Both the position numbers and the translations under genes were made by a program. This document shows positions 25,295 to 35,494 of a DNA stretch of 64,000 bases, piece after piece. Numbering within the stretch: position 1 is the stretch's first letter; each line of letters starts with the position of its first letter. Below the pieces are notes generated by a model. That model was given only the letters and a program-made list of their open reading frames with translations. It ran no database searches and had not been told where the DNA came from. Location of the stretch: the IMG/VR virus record IMGVR_UViG_3300009124_000008, one strand, 5' to 3'. Source of the DNA: an uncultured virus (IMG/VR IMGVR_UViG_3300009124_000008) (lineage: Duplodnaviria > Heunggongvirae > Uroviricota > Caudoviricetes).

Positions 25295-27163
25295 ATGGCT
25301 GCTATCATCTCAGATAAGTTTAGAATTTTTAATGCTTCCCAGTTTCTAGAATCACTGAGTGAAGCAGAAGACACGAAGATGTATTTCTTTGTAGGTCGTC
25401 CCCAGCGTTGGGATGCTTACCTAGAAATCTTCAGTGCTAATAACACAGCATTCGTTGTTGGCAACGAAGTATATGTTGGTGCTACTTATGGTACTGCTAC
25501 CTTTAAAGCAGAAATTAGAGAAGTATACGAAAACTCACTTCTTCTATTCCAAATTGCTCCAACCACAACTGCTACTCCTGCAGTAGGTTCACAACTCAAA
25601 GCGTGGAATGGAACTGCTGATACTGGTGCTCAAGCATTGACTGGTGTTTATCGTTACGCTACAGAGGATGTTCCCCCTGTACCTCTCGACAACCAAGCAG
25701 AAAAGTATGATATCTATGATGATATCATTGCTGCTAAGCGTATTACCACCGATTTTGCCCGTAGCGTAATCCGTCGTTTCAACTGGGACATCTCTGCTAA
25801 CCCAGTATTCGACATGTGGAAGCCTGACTACTCCACAACTCCTGGTTCTGGTGGTCAGATTGGTAAGGCAGCTGCTACTGGTGCTACCAACATTGCTGAC
25901 GCTAAGTACTATCTAATTAACTCACAGTATGAGGTATTTAAGTGCCTCTATAATGGTCAAGATCCTGCCAACACAAGTGGTCAAACTGCCACTAACGAAC
26001 CCAAGACCACACCTTCTGCTGGTCAAGGTTCTTATGATGCTGTCACTGGCAAATTTACCGAGGATGTTTCTGCTCCTGGTGGATATATTTGGAAGTATAT
26101 GTACACCATTCCAACTGATGACGTACTACGCTTCCTGTCTACGGACTTCATGCCAATTGTTCTCCCAACGAACCAGTCACGTATTGATACCGAAGCAATC
26201 GCTACAGCTGCTCCTAATGCCATCGATGTTGTTCTAGTTGAAGACGCTGGAACTGCTTTACCTAATGGTACTCACTATGCTCCTATTCTTGGAGATGGCA
26301 CTGGTGGTGCCGTTGAAGTTGTAGTTTCTGGCGGTAGTATCAGTGGAGTAACTGTTGTAACTCCTGGTTCTGGTTACACTTATGCTTCTATTGCTTTAGA
26401 AACTGGTCTTCTAAATGGCGATCCTGGTTGGACTGGTTCTGCTTATGGTTTGTACACTTCAACCGCTTTCACTGGCCCTGTCACCGTAGGTAACACAGCG
26501 ACTGGTGCTCTAGAAGTTGTTCTACCTCCCCAGGGTGGTCACGGTTCGAACTTCGAAGAAGAGCTCAACGCTAAGCGTGTTATGACGAATATTCGTCTAA
26601 CTTATGCCGAGGGTTCTGGCGACTTCCCTGTAGATAACGACTTCCGTCGTATCGGTATTATCAAGGATCCATATGCTTTCGGTACTACAACCGTCGCTTC
26701 TACCAGCACCTTAAATGGTGTATACGCTGCTAGAATTGAGAACGCTACTGCTGATTATCAGGTTGATGAAACAATTCGTCAAACTGTTGCTGCTGGTGGT
26801 TTTGCTTATGGCACTGTAGTTTCTTGGGAACTAGATGCTGGTAATGCTGGTCCTGGTGGAACTGGCGTTCTCAAGTGGATCCAGTCACCTTCACTTCACA
26901 CTGATGCTGGTGTAGTAAGAGATTTCGAAGCATCAGCTAACAACATTGAGGGTCTTTCTTCACTTGCTGCTGGTGATGTTATCACCACTGCTGATGATGC
27001 TGTAGAAGCAAACGTGACTCTCGGTGGTGTTACGTTCTCGAACGGTCTTGCTACCCCAGAGATCGAAAATAACTCTGGTGAGATCATCTATGTTGAGAAC
27101 CGCCGTCTCATCACACGTGCTGCCGACCAGATCGAAGATATCAAACTCGTTATTGAGTTCTGA
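25295..27163 (+). CDS. gp8: baseplate wedge subunit gp8
   Basis: MAAIISDKFRIFNA, VFKCLYN, YIWKYMYTI, NDFRRIGII, IEDIKLVIEF. Confidence 0.93.
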   Translation: MAAIISDKFRIFNASQFLESLSEAEDTKMYFFVGRPQRWDAYLEIFSANNTAFVVGNEVYVGATYGTATFKAEIREVYENSLLLFQIAPTTTATPAVGSQLKAWNGTADTGAQALTGVYRYATEDVPPVPLDNQAEKYDIYDDIIAAKRITTDFARSVIRRFNWDISANPVFDMWKPDYSTTPGSGGQIGKAAATGATNIADAKYYLINSQYEVFKCLYNGQDPANTSGQTATNEPKTTPSAGQGSYDAVTGKFTEDVSAPGGYIWKYMYTIPTDDVLRFLSTDFMPIVLPTNQSRIDTEAIATAAPNAIDVVLVEDAGTALPNGTHYAPILGDGTGGAVEVVVSGGSISGVTVVTPGSGYTYASIALETGLLNGDPGWTGSAYGLYTSTAFTGPVTVGNTATGALEVVLPPQGGHGSNFEEELNAKRVMTNIRLTYAEGSGDFPVDNDFRRIGIIKDPYAFGTTTVASTSTLNGVYAARIENATADYQVDETIRQTVAAGGFAYGTVVSWELDAGNAGPGGTGVLKWIQSPSLHTDAGVVRDFEASANNIEGLSSLAAGDVITTADDAVEANVTLGGVTFSNGLATPEIENNSGEIIYVENRRLITRAADQIEDIKLVIEF

Positions 27164-27171
27164 TTTACTTT

Positions 27172-27220
27172 TTACTCCGCTAAATACTTCAACGATAATG
27201 TAGAGTATTTGGCGGAGTAA
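27172..27220 (+). promoter_or_regulatory. late promoter within an RBS-sequestering hairpin
   Basis: 17-bp stem TTACTCCGCTAAATACT / AGTATTTGGCGGAGTAA; CTAAATA in 5' arm, GGAG in 3' arm. Confidence 0.75.
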
Positions 27221-27221
27221 C

Positions 27222-30200
27222 ATGCCACAGAAGACTAATCTTAATGTAGCACCATATTATGATGATTTTGATGCTGACAAGAACTTTTACAAAGTTCTGT
27301 TCAGACCTGGATACTCGATCCAGACTAGGGAATTAACATCTCTACAATCGATCCTCCAGAATCAAATTGAGAGTTATGGTAAGTTCTTGTTTAAACAAGG
27401 ACAACAAGTAATTCCTGGCGAGGTTGGTTTAAATACCAAACTTGACTTCGTTAAATTGTCTTCTGTGTCTGAGGTTGCTGTCAATGAAGGTGGACAAATT
27501 GTCTACAAAAAATATGACATTAAAAAGCTAGTTAATACTGACCTTAGGGGAATCAATTCGGGGGTTGTCGGTAAGGTCGTATCAGCAGAATATGGGTCTG
27601 ACGTAGAAGCTGATACATTATTTGTCAAGTATACAACTAGTGGTGACGCTAATAATGAATCTACTTTTAGACAAGGCGAAACACTCGAAGTTATTGATGG
27701 CATCAACACTCCTCTACTTGTAGTTGGTACTGATGGTAGTGTTCTACCAACTAGTATTAACGTAACCGATCCTGTCTCTGGAAATGTTAACTCGTTTAGC
27801 AGTCCAGCGATGGGATTTGCTACTGCAGTTGAAGTTCAGGAAGGTATTTACTTTGTAAATGGTTTCTTTGTTAAGAATCAAAAACAACTCCTGATTATTA
27901 ATAAGTATTATGACAAAGCTTCCGCTAAAGTTGGATTTACAATTGACGAAGATATTGTAACTCCAGAACAAGACGGTTCTTTGTATGATAACGCTAGAGG
28001 TTTCTCTAACGCTTCTGCTCCTGGTGCTCATAGACTTAGTATTGATTTAACCTTAACTAAGTTTGATTATGGAGCAAACACAGATAAGAACTTTATTCAA
28101 CTTCTTCAAATTAAAGAAGGTGCTGTAGAAAAACAAGTAAAAGCAGCAGATTATTCTTTACTAGAAGAAACTCTAGCAAGAAGAACTTATGATGAATCTG
28201 GGGACTATGTTGTAGATGATTTTGATTATTCTATTAGAGAATACTACCAGAAAGGATTTAACAACGGCGTATACGCTCTCAGTGAAGAAACTGGTCTAGT
28301 TAATGGATATAGCGAAGTAGATGCTGCTGATAGGATGGTGCTTACCGTAAGCTCTGGTAAAGCATATGTCAAAGGTTATGAGATTGTTAATAAAGAATCA
28401 AAACCTCTAGAAGTGGAGAAAGGAAGAGATACTCTTTCTAGAGATAATGTTACCCTGAAGAGTCGTGGACTCCCAGAGTTTAATATCACCAACGTATATG
28501 GTTCTGTACCTCTAAACAACGTTGGAGATACGATTACAGGATATCCAACTGTAACTTTGAATTCAACTTTTACTGATGGCACAATTGGATTTTCTGGTCT
28601 AGAAGCATCTTCATATTACAAGAGAACTGTTAATAGAAGATCAAAACAACTTGGTATTAATACTGGTATTAAAACTATTTGGGTTCAACTTTCTGGAACA
28701 GTTCCATCTAACACTAATGCTATTCCTAACACTTTATGGTTTGTCACTACAAGAGGATCTGGAACTGTTCTTGGCAAATCTGTTGAGGTAATTGCTAAAT
28801 CATTAGTAACCAGAGAAGATATTGCAGCGGCAACGACATTTGCCGAACTTACTGTTATTGGCGATAAGGCAATTTTAGATGAGTTTTTGCTTGAGTATGA
28901 TACTGGATTCCCAAATGTTTTTGAGAAATACCTATATCAAACTGAAGCCGCTATGCTCTCCGAGACGGGAGAATGGGGTACAATTAGAGATTATAATGCT
29001 AGTATTACTCCAGTAATTGGTTTGGCAAAACCAAAAAACTTTAGACTTATTAATAGAGCATTAGGATTTAATCCAGATACTGATATTGTTTTATCTAGAG
29101 GTAGATCTGGAACACAAACCCCTTATGAGGCTACATTTGGATTCAGTTATTTCAATCCAACATTCTTCACAAAACTAACTTTAGATAGAAGCATAGCAGA
29201 CGGCACCTTTACAAAAGGTAAGTACATTTATGGGAAAGAAAGCAAAGCATATGCTGTTATTGAAAATGACACTACAGAAAATTTCTCTGGAAATAGCACA
29301 CTGTTTGTAACTACTCTGTTTGGACAGTTTATTTCTGGTGAAACTATTATTGATGAAGCAAATAACACTATTAAGATTGCTAAGAACAACACTCTGTCAC
29401 ACTTTGTTGTTACCAAGCGAGGTGCTAGTTATGATGGTTCTGAGAACATGTTCATTAATGGTGCTGAGTATGATCAATCTAAGATCGACTTGTCTTACAA
29501 CTCCAGTGGAACAGCAATTGTATCTGCTGTAATTTTAGATCAAAAAGTTCGTAACATTGAGTATTTTTCACCACCTGTAGTTACATTAACTGGGGATGCT
29601 GATAACACTACCCCTGCCATTGTTGTTCCTGTATTGTTTAGAGATACTGTTCTGACTTACACGCCTCAAAATGTGAAGTCATTTGCTTCGGTATACAATA
29701 ACTATACTTTTACAGCAGACATTGATGTATCATCTTCATCTTATGCTACATACACTCAAATTAGTGACTTTAGTTTCTTTGGATCTCAGGGAGGAAAATA
29801 TCTTGAGTGTAATGGATTTGGTGCTAACTTAACTGGATTGGTTCAGGGAGACATTATTCAGTTTACCGATGCTGATAATAACGTAATTAGAACAGTTGTA
29901 CAATATGTTACCGAGCCTTCTGGTATTGATAAATCAAGAATTTATCTAGATTATTCTTTACCAGCAGATGTTGTAAATGCTACTATTATTAAATTACGTC
30001 CAAGAATTGCTAACTCTTCATCTTCACTGGTGTTCCCAACAGGAAGTAAGCAAGTCGCTTCTTTAGTTAGTGATACTAGCGATACTAAGTTTAAGTATTA
30101 CATCAGAAAAGATTTTGTAACTGAACTTTCTGCTGCTGGTGGATTACTAACTTTCACTGCTCAATTGCCAGTTGGTACACAAAAGTTTGTTGGATTTACT

Positions 30201-33200
30201 GAACAAAACTTTATCATCACTGTACTAGATAAAGGATCTTCTACAGTTGTAGAAAATGGTGATATTGTTTATATTGATCCAAGATACGTCACTATTACAG
30301 ATTCTCAAGTTACTGCTAGCACAGTTACAGCTGGCGCTTTGGCAATTGAAGGACTGCCACAAAATTACTTTGGAACTATCCTTGATGGCAACTATCCAAC
30401 TCTCAAATTAACCGCTACGGTAGAGATCGACAAAGCACGTCCTAGATTAAAAACTGTAGTTAGAAATAAGAGAGTTGTTGTCGTTTCAAGTGGTGACCGT
30501 GTAATTCCTATCAGGGGTCAAGATTATGATTCTGATATTATCGAAACGTTCTCATATTCTGATGTATTTAAATTAAAGTATATTTACGAAGGAACGGTAA
30601 CTAATCCACCATCAGTAGATAGATCTGGCAATTTGATTAGTGGAACAGACGTTACATACAAGTTTAGTTTTGACAATGGTCAGCGTGACACTTATTATGA
30701 TGTTTCTAGAATTATTCTAAAACCTGGATTTGATGCTCCCACGGGTCAGTTAATTATTGCTTTTGACTACTTCAATCATTCTGCTGGAGATTTCTCCACA
30801 GTTGATTCTTATGTACACGAAGCTGGTGTTACAGCAGAAGAAATTCCTTTGTTTAACTCAGAAGCAAATGGTTTGGTAGCACTTAGAGATTGTATTGACT
30901 TTAGACCAAAAGTAGACAATAATACTACAATTACTGGTTTCCAAGATAACTCAATTGTTTCTCTATTCGATTCTACCGACTATATTAGCTTTACTGGTAA
31001 TGGTGGTATTCCTTCTGCTACTCCTGCTCCAGATACAAATCTAATCTTTACTATGTCATTTAGTGAGAAGCAGTATCTTGATCGTATTGATGGATTGTTC
31101 CTTACCAAGCAAGGAGATTTTGTTGTTAAGAAAGGCAACTCTTCTCTCAATCCATCTAAACCAGAACCAATTGATGATGCCATTTCTCTTTGCTATCTAC
31201 ACATCCCTGCTTATACTAACAGCAGCAAAGATGTAAGAGTTATCCCAGTTGATAACAAGCGTTATACTATGAAGGACATCGGTAAGTTAGAGAAGCGCAT
31301 CGAACGTCTTGAATACTACACTACTCTAAGCATTCTAGAGCAGCAAACACAGAACATGCAAATCAAGGATGATCTTGGTCTAGAAAGATTTAAGAGTGGA
31401 TTCCTTGTAGATAACTTTGAAGCACATAGAGTTGGAAATCTCAAATCAGTTGATTACAAGTGTGCTATCGACACTCAGCAATCTGTTCTTAGACCACAAT
31501 CTAAAGAAGATAGCTTAATTCTTAGAGAAATCAACACAAGAGATGACCAAAGACAAGTTGCTGGTTACACAATTAAGAATGGAGTTGTTTCTCTACCATA
31601 CACTGAAGTAGAAGTTTTGGGCAATAAAAATGCTACTAAAACTATTAATCCAAATCCATTTGTTGTCATTCAATATGTTGGCGAGTCAGTGATTATTCCA
31701 CAACAAGATTCTTGGTATGATCAATCCGTCGCTCCTCTTGTTTCTGATTCTAATACTAAACTAAATTCTATTTACTTAGCAAAAGAAGAATATCTTGCTG
31801 ATGCTTATTCTAGTATTTACAATTCGTTTATTGTAAACTGGTGTGGTACTGATCAAGCATTCTTGCCAATTGAATCTCTAGCAAATGTCAACAGTGAAGA
31901 TTTAGAATCTTCTGTACAAACTGCCAGTGTTGCTAGTTCTTCCAACACCAGTCCACAAAATAATGAACTCGGAAAGGGACAATCTTCAAGGCAGGTTGGT
32001 AATAAGAAAATTGCTAGTTCTGTAACATTCTTTGCTAGATCGATTCCAATTAAGTTTGTTGTCAACCGTCTGAAGCCCAATACCAGAGTATACGTCTTTA
32101 TGGAAGGTCGTGATATTAACGGATGGGTAGTTCCTGATACGAGATTTACTGGTATTGCTGGAAACTCTTTAACTTCATTTGGATCTGAACTTGTAACAGA
32201 TTCTAATGGTAATCTCAGTGGTATCATTGTAGTTCCAGCAGGTCTAAAACCAACTCCAAATACCAGATGGACTGGCAACGTTGATACAGTTTCATACAGT
32301 GAAGGTTCTGAAGAGGTTAGATTTACAACTGGCGTTAAGACCATTAGATTTACATCAAGTGATCAAAACCAAGATAAAGCATCTGCTGATACATATGCCG
32401 AGGTTCAGTTCTATGCTACTGGAGCTCTTCCAAACAATCCTCCAAGCATTACATCTACACAAGCAGCATTCTTCAAATCAAATGAGGGTGTACAATTAGT
32501 CGATAGCAATACTGACAACCCAATCAAACCAAATCCTCTTGCTCAGACATTTAAAGTTGAGAATTTTGCTCTTGGTATGATGACAACTGGTGTGGATCTA
32601 TTCTTCCAGAAAAAGAGTTCTTCTGTTCCCCTAAGAGCATATTTGACAGATGTCGTTTCTGGTAAACCAGGAAAGAATATTATCCCTGGCACACAAGTGT
32701 CTCTTAATCCAGAAACATATTTAAAAGTGTATGTAACGGGCGAGAAAGAGACGGTAACTATTGGTAAGGATGAATATGTATCTGGAACTAGTTCTAACGC
32801 TTCTGGACCTATCTTGAAGGTGCTGGACGCTAATAACGTAGAGGTTGGTGATGAGTCAAGTACTACATTTGAGTTAAACAAAGAACAAGTTTACACTTTG
32901 GTTCTAAGCAATCATAATGGAACAGCATTTGTTCCAAACGAATCACTATCAATTCCTTCTATTGTTAGTTACAATGCTAAGAATAATACCACTTTAGGAA
33001 TTTTTATTGCTAAAGATTCTGGTAAGGTTACGAGATTAAAAGTTCTCGACACTGGTGACAATTACGAAACCGCTTCGTTAACAATTGAAAGTCCACAACT
33101 TCCAGGTGGTTCTTCTGCTACTGCCAGCGTTGGTGTTTCTGATGGCAAGGTTTACAATGCTGAAATTTCTCTATCTGGTCGTGGTTACACTGAAGCTCCA

Positions 33201-35294
33201 TCAGTTGTTATTAAAGGTGTAGGAACTGGTGCTGCTGGTGCTATCATTCAATCATTCATTGAAATTGACACACCTGCTGTTAGCATGGGTATTGCTACAG
33301 ATTTCGAAGGTGATATTGAATCGACTACACCAACCAACTTCAAGTTTAAGCACCCAGTTTATCTACAGAACAATACCGAATATGCTTTAGTAGTAGAGAC
33401 TGATTCTTTGGATTATGCTCTCTGGGCATCTAAGTTGGGAGAAATTGAAATTGCTACCAGCAATGTAGTTACTACACAACCTTTACTTGGTTCTGTTTAT
33501 AAGTCACAAAATACTGATAACTGGACAGAAGACTTGTTCGAAGATTTGAAGTTTGTTCTGTATCGTGCTGATTTTGATATTGCTACTGAAGGAAATTTAG
33601 AACTTACTAACGATTCGCTAGGTTACGAGTTACTAGACATTTCTCCTTTCGAAACCAGCGTTAGATCTCCATCTAATGCTACATCACCACTTTTCAAAAA
33701 TAATAATTCTATTATTAAAGTAAATCATAGAAACAATGGATTCGAAGATAGTGGCAATTCATATGTATTCTTTGCTAATACACAAGATGTTGGTGGCATC
33801 TCAAGTGCTACTCTGAATGGAAGATTGTTTAAGGTTTCTAACTCTGGTTTAGATTTCTATAACATTGTTTCTCCAAACCCAGCTGGTTCTAGCGTACTTG
33901 GTGGTGGTGATAAAGTTATCGCTTCTTTCAATAGAAAGTATGAAAGACTTTATGCTCAGATTCCTCACTTAGAACTAGAGGGAACTAAGATTGATACATT
34001 TGTTTCAACAACTAACGTTATTCCAACGGATGCCAGTGTAACAAATTACGATTCTTATTCTACATCTGACTATGAACAAACTTTCTTAAATGAAGAGCAT
34101 TTCTTTATTAATCAGAAGCTTGTTGCTTCGGACATCAACTCTATTACCAATGGCATTAAAGACAGTCTTAAGTATAAGTTGAGACTCAAGTCAACAAACT
34201 CTGCTGTTTCTCCAATCGTTGATCTTAGAACTGCTTCTGTCAAGACAGCATCAAACCGTGTAGAAAATGCTACTGGTTATGAGAATCGTTATGGTAAGAG
34301 AAATCAAATCCTAACTTTCTTACCACTGTTTGATATCACCGTGGCTGTTTCTGGTGACAACTCCGATCAATTTGTACCAGGAACTGTTATTGTTGGACAA
34401 AATTCTAAAGCAGAAGGATATGTTGTATCATACGACAATGGAACTGCTCGTGTAAGATTAAGAACACAAACAGAATTCCAGGCAAGTGAGTCATTAACGT
34501 TGATCAACACCTCAGGTGCTACTGTTGGTGATATCAGTTTACAAGTTGGAAACATTTCCAGAATTACATTTGACTTTAGTGTTGGATCTAACTTAATTGC
34601 TTATTATCCTTTTGATACTGATACGGATTACAACAACAAGATCAATGGCAAAATTGTTCTGTGGGATCCAGAAGAAAATATTCTTGTAGTTGAGAATGCT
34701 TTTGCTCCTATTAATAACAACTACACTGCCAGCAACACAGAAGATACTGCTTATGTAAGGTTAGCTTCTTCAACTAGTCAGCAGGCAGATATCTTCAGAA
34801 AAGGTGATGTTGTCAAGACAACTGCTGGAACAGAATCATTCCTAGAGATTGCTACAATGACATTTGATACTGGTATTGATTATGTACCAGAAACAGATTC
34901 TTCTAATAGTTCTGCTATTGCCAAATACGTTACTAAGGAAGTTTCTATTAACAATCCTGGCAGTTCTATTACGGTTAAAACTACAGTTAACCTTCCTGAT
35001 ATTGAGAATGTCAAAGTATACTACAAAATTAAAGAAGCTTCGAGTTCTATTAATTTTGAAGATACTAATTGGATTCCTTTCAATAAAGATGGTAATCCAG
35101 ATTTTGATGTTATTGCTACTCCAGCAAATTCAATCTCTGGTCAATTTGAAAAACAAGAAGATTATCAAGAACTAACATACAGTGCTTCAGATCTTCCAGA
35201 TTTCAGTTCATTTGCTGTCAAGATTATTATGAAATCTGAAAACCCAGCATATGTTCCTAAAGTACAAGACCTACGAGCAGTTGCTTCATACTAA
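27222..35294 (+). CDS. vrlC: VrlC-like (DUF4815) virion structural protein
   Basis: NVAPYYDDFD..KNFYKVLFRPG, LARRTYDESGDY, YTMKDIGKLEKRIERLEYYT, PLAQTF. Confidence 0.85.
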   Translation: MPQKTNLNVAPYYDDFDADKNFYKVLFRPGYSIQTRELTSLQSILQNQIESYGKFLFKQGQQVIPGEVGLNTKLDFVKLSSVSEVAVNEGGQIVYKKYDIKKLVNTDLRGINSGVVGKVVSAEYGSDVEADTLFVKYTTSGDANNESTFRQGETLEVIDGINTPLLVVGTDGSVLPTSINVTDPVSGNVNSFSSPAMGFATAVEVQEGIYFVNGFFVKNQKQLLIINKYYDKASAKVGFTIDEDIVTPEQDGSLYDNARGFSNASAPGAHRLSIDLTLTKFDYGANTDKNFIQLLQIKEGAVEKQVKAADYSLLEETLARRTYDESGDYVVDDFDYSIREYYQKGFNNGVYALSEETGLVNGYSEVDAADRMVLTVSSGKAYVKGYEIVNKESKPLEVEKGRDTLSRDNVTLKSRGLPEFNITNVYGSVPLNNVGDTITGYPTVTLNSTFTDGTIGFSGLEASSYYKRTVNRRSKQLGINTGIKTIWVQLSGTVPSNTNAIPNTLWFVTTRGSGTVLGKSVEVIAKSLVTREDIAAATTFAELTVIGDKAILDEFLLEYDTGFPNVFEKYLYQTEAAMLSETGEWGTIRDYNASITPVIGLAKPKNFRLINRALGFNPDTDIVLSRGRSGTQTPYEATFGFSYFNPTFFTKLTLDRSIADGTFTKGKYIYGKESKAYAVIENDTTENFSGNSTLFVTTLFGQFISGETIIDEANNTIKIAKNNTLSHFVVTKRGASYDGSENMFINGAEYDQSKIDLSYNSSGTAIVSAVILDQKVRNIEYFSPPVVTLTGDADNTTPAIVVPVLFRDTVLTYTPQNVKSFASVYNNYTFTADIDVSSSSYATYTQISDFSFFGSQGGKYLECNGFGANLTGLVQGDIIQFTDADNNVIRTVVQYVTEPSGIDKSRIYLDYSLPADVVNATIIKLRPRIANSSSSLVFPTGSKQVASLVSDTSDTKFKYYIRKDFVTELSAAGGLLTFTAQLPVGTQKFVGFTEQNFIITVLDKGSSTVVENGDIVYIDPRYVTITDSQVTASTVTAGALAIEGLPQNYFGTILDGNYPTLKLTATVEIDKARPRLKTVVRNKRVVVVSSGDRVIPIRGQDYDSDIIETFSYSDVFKLKYIYEGTVTNPPSVDRSGNLISGTDVTYKFSFDNGQRDTYYDVSRIILKPGFDAPTGQLIIAFDYFNHSAGDFSTVDSYVHEAGVTAEEIPLFNSEANGLVALRDCIDFRPKVDNNTTITGFQDNSIVSLFDSTDYISFTGNGGIPSATPAPDTNLIFTMSFSEKQYLDRIDGLFLTKQGDFVVKKGNSSLNPSKPEPIDDAISLCYLHIPAYTNSSKDVRVIPVDNKRYTMKDIGKLEKRIERLEYYTTLSILEQQTQNMQIKDDLGLERFKSGFLVDNFEAHRVGNLKSVDYKCAIDTQQSVLRPQSKEDSLILREINTRDDQRQVAGYTIKNGVVSLPYTEVEVLGNKNATKTINPNPFVVIQYVGESVIIPQQDSWYDQSVAPLVSDSNTKLNSIYLAKEEYLADAYSSIYNSFIVNWCGTDQAFLPIESLANVNSEDLESSVQTASVASSSNTSPQNNELGKGQSSRQVGNKKIASSVTFFARSIPIKFVVNRLKPNTRVYVFMEGRDINGWVVPDTRFTGIAGNSLTSFGSELVTDSNGNLSGIIVVPAGLKPTPNTRWTGNVDTVSYSEGSEEVRFTTGVKTIRFTSSDQNQDKASADTYAEVQFYATGALPNNPPSITSTQAAFFKSNEGVQLVDSNTDNPIKPNPLAQTFKVENFALGMMTTGVDLFFQKKSSSVPLRAYLTDVVSGKPGKNIIPGTQVSLNPETYLKVYVTGEKETVTIGKDEYVSGTSSNASGPILKVLDANNVEVGDESSTTFELNKEQVYTLVLSNHNGTAFVPNESLSIPSIVSYNAKNNTTLGIFIAKDSGKVTRLKVLDTGDNYETASLTIESPQLPGGSSATASVGVSDGKVYNAEISLSGRGYTEAPSVVIKGVGTGAAGAIIQSFIEIDTPAVSMGIATDFEGDIESTTPTNFKFKHPVYLQNNTEYALVVETDSLDYALWASKLGEIEIATSNVVTTQPLLGSVYKSQNTDNWTEDLFEDLKFVLYRADFDIATEGNLELTNDSLGYELLDISPFETSVRSPSNATSPLFKNNNSIIKVNHRNNGFEDSGNSYVFFANTQDVGGISSATLNGRLFKVSNSGLDFYNIVSPNPAGSSVLGGGDKVIASFNRKYERLYAQIPHLELEGTKIDTFVSTTNVIPTDASVTNYDSYSTSDYEQTFLNEEHFFINQKLVASDINSITNGIKDSLKYKLRLKSTNSAVSPIVDLRTASVKTASNRVENATGYENRYGKRNQILTFLPLFDITVAVSGDNSDQFVPGTVIVGQNSKAEGYVVSYDNGTARVRLRTQTEFQASESLTLINTSGATVGDISLQVGNISRITFDFSVGSNLIAYYPFDTDTDYNNKINGKIVLWDPEENILVVENAFAPINNNYTASNTEDTAYVRLASSTSQQADIFRKGDVVKTTAGTESFLEIATMTFDTGIDYVPETDSSNSSAIAKYVTKEVSINNPGSSITVKTTVNLPDIENVKVYYKIKEASSSINFEDTNWIPFNKDGNPDFDVIATPANSISGQFEKQEDYQELTYSASDLPDFSSFAVKIIMKSENPAYVPKVQDLRAVASY

Positions 35295-35494
35295 TGAAAT
35301 ACTTAAAAGTAGAAGGTCATGATAACTTGATTCGTGACCTTGATACGGGAGCTATTATCAATACAGATAAACCTCCTCGTAACAACCTTTCTCATACAAT
35401 GACCAATGCTCTTCATGACATAAATACTTTGAAGGAAGAACTATCTGAAATCAAACTACTTCTTAGAGAGATCGTAAGAAATGCCAGCAATTAA
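35294..35494 (+). CDS. small conserved protein
   Basis: KVEGHDNLIRD..TGAIINTD plus C-terminal coiled coil. Confidence 0.8.
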   Translation: MKYLKVEGHDNLIRDLDTGAIINTDKPPRNNLSHTMTNALHDINTLKEELSEIKLLLREIVRNASN

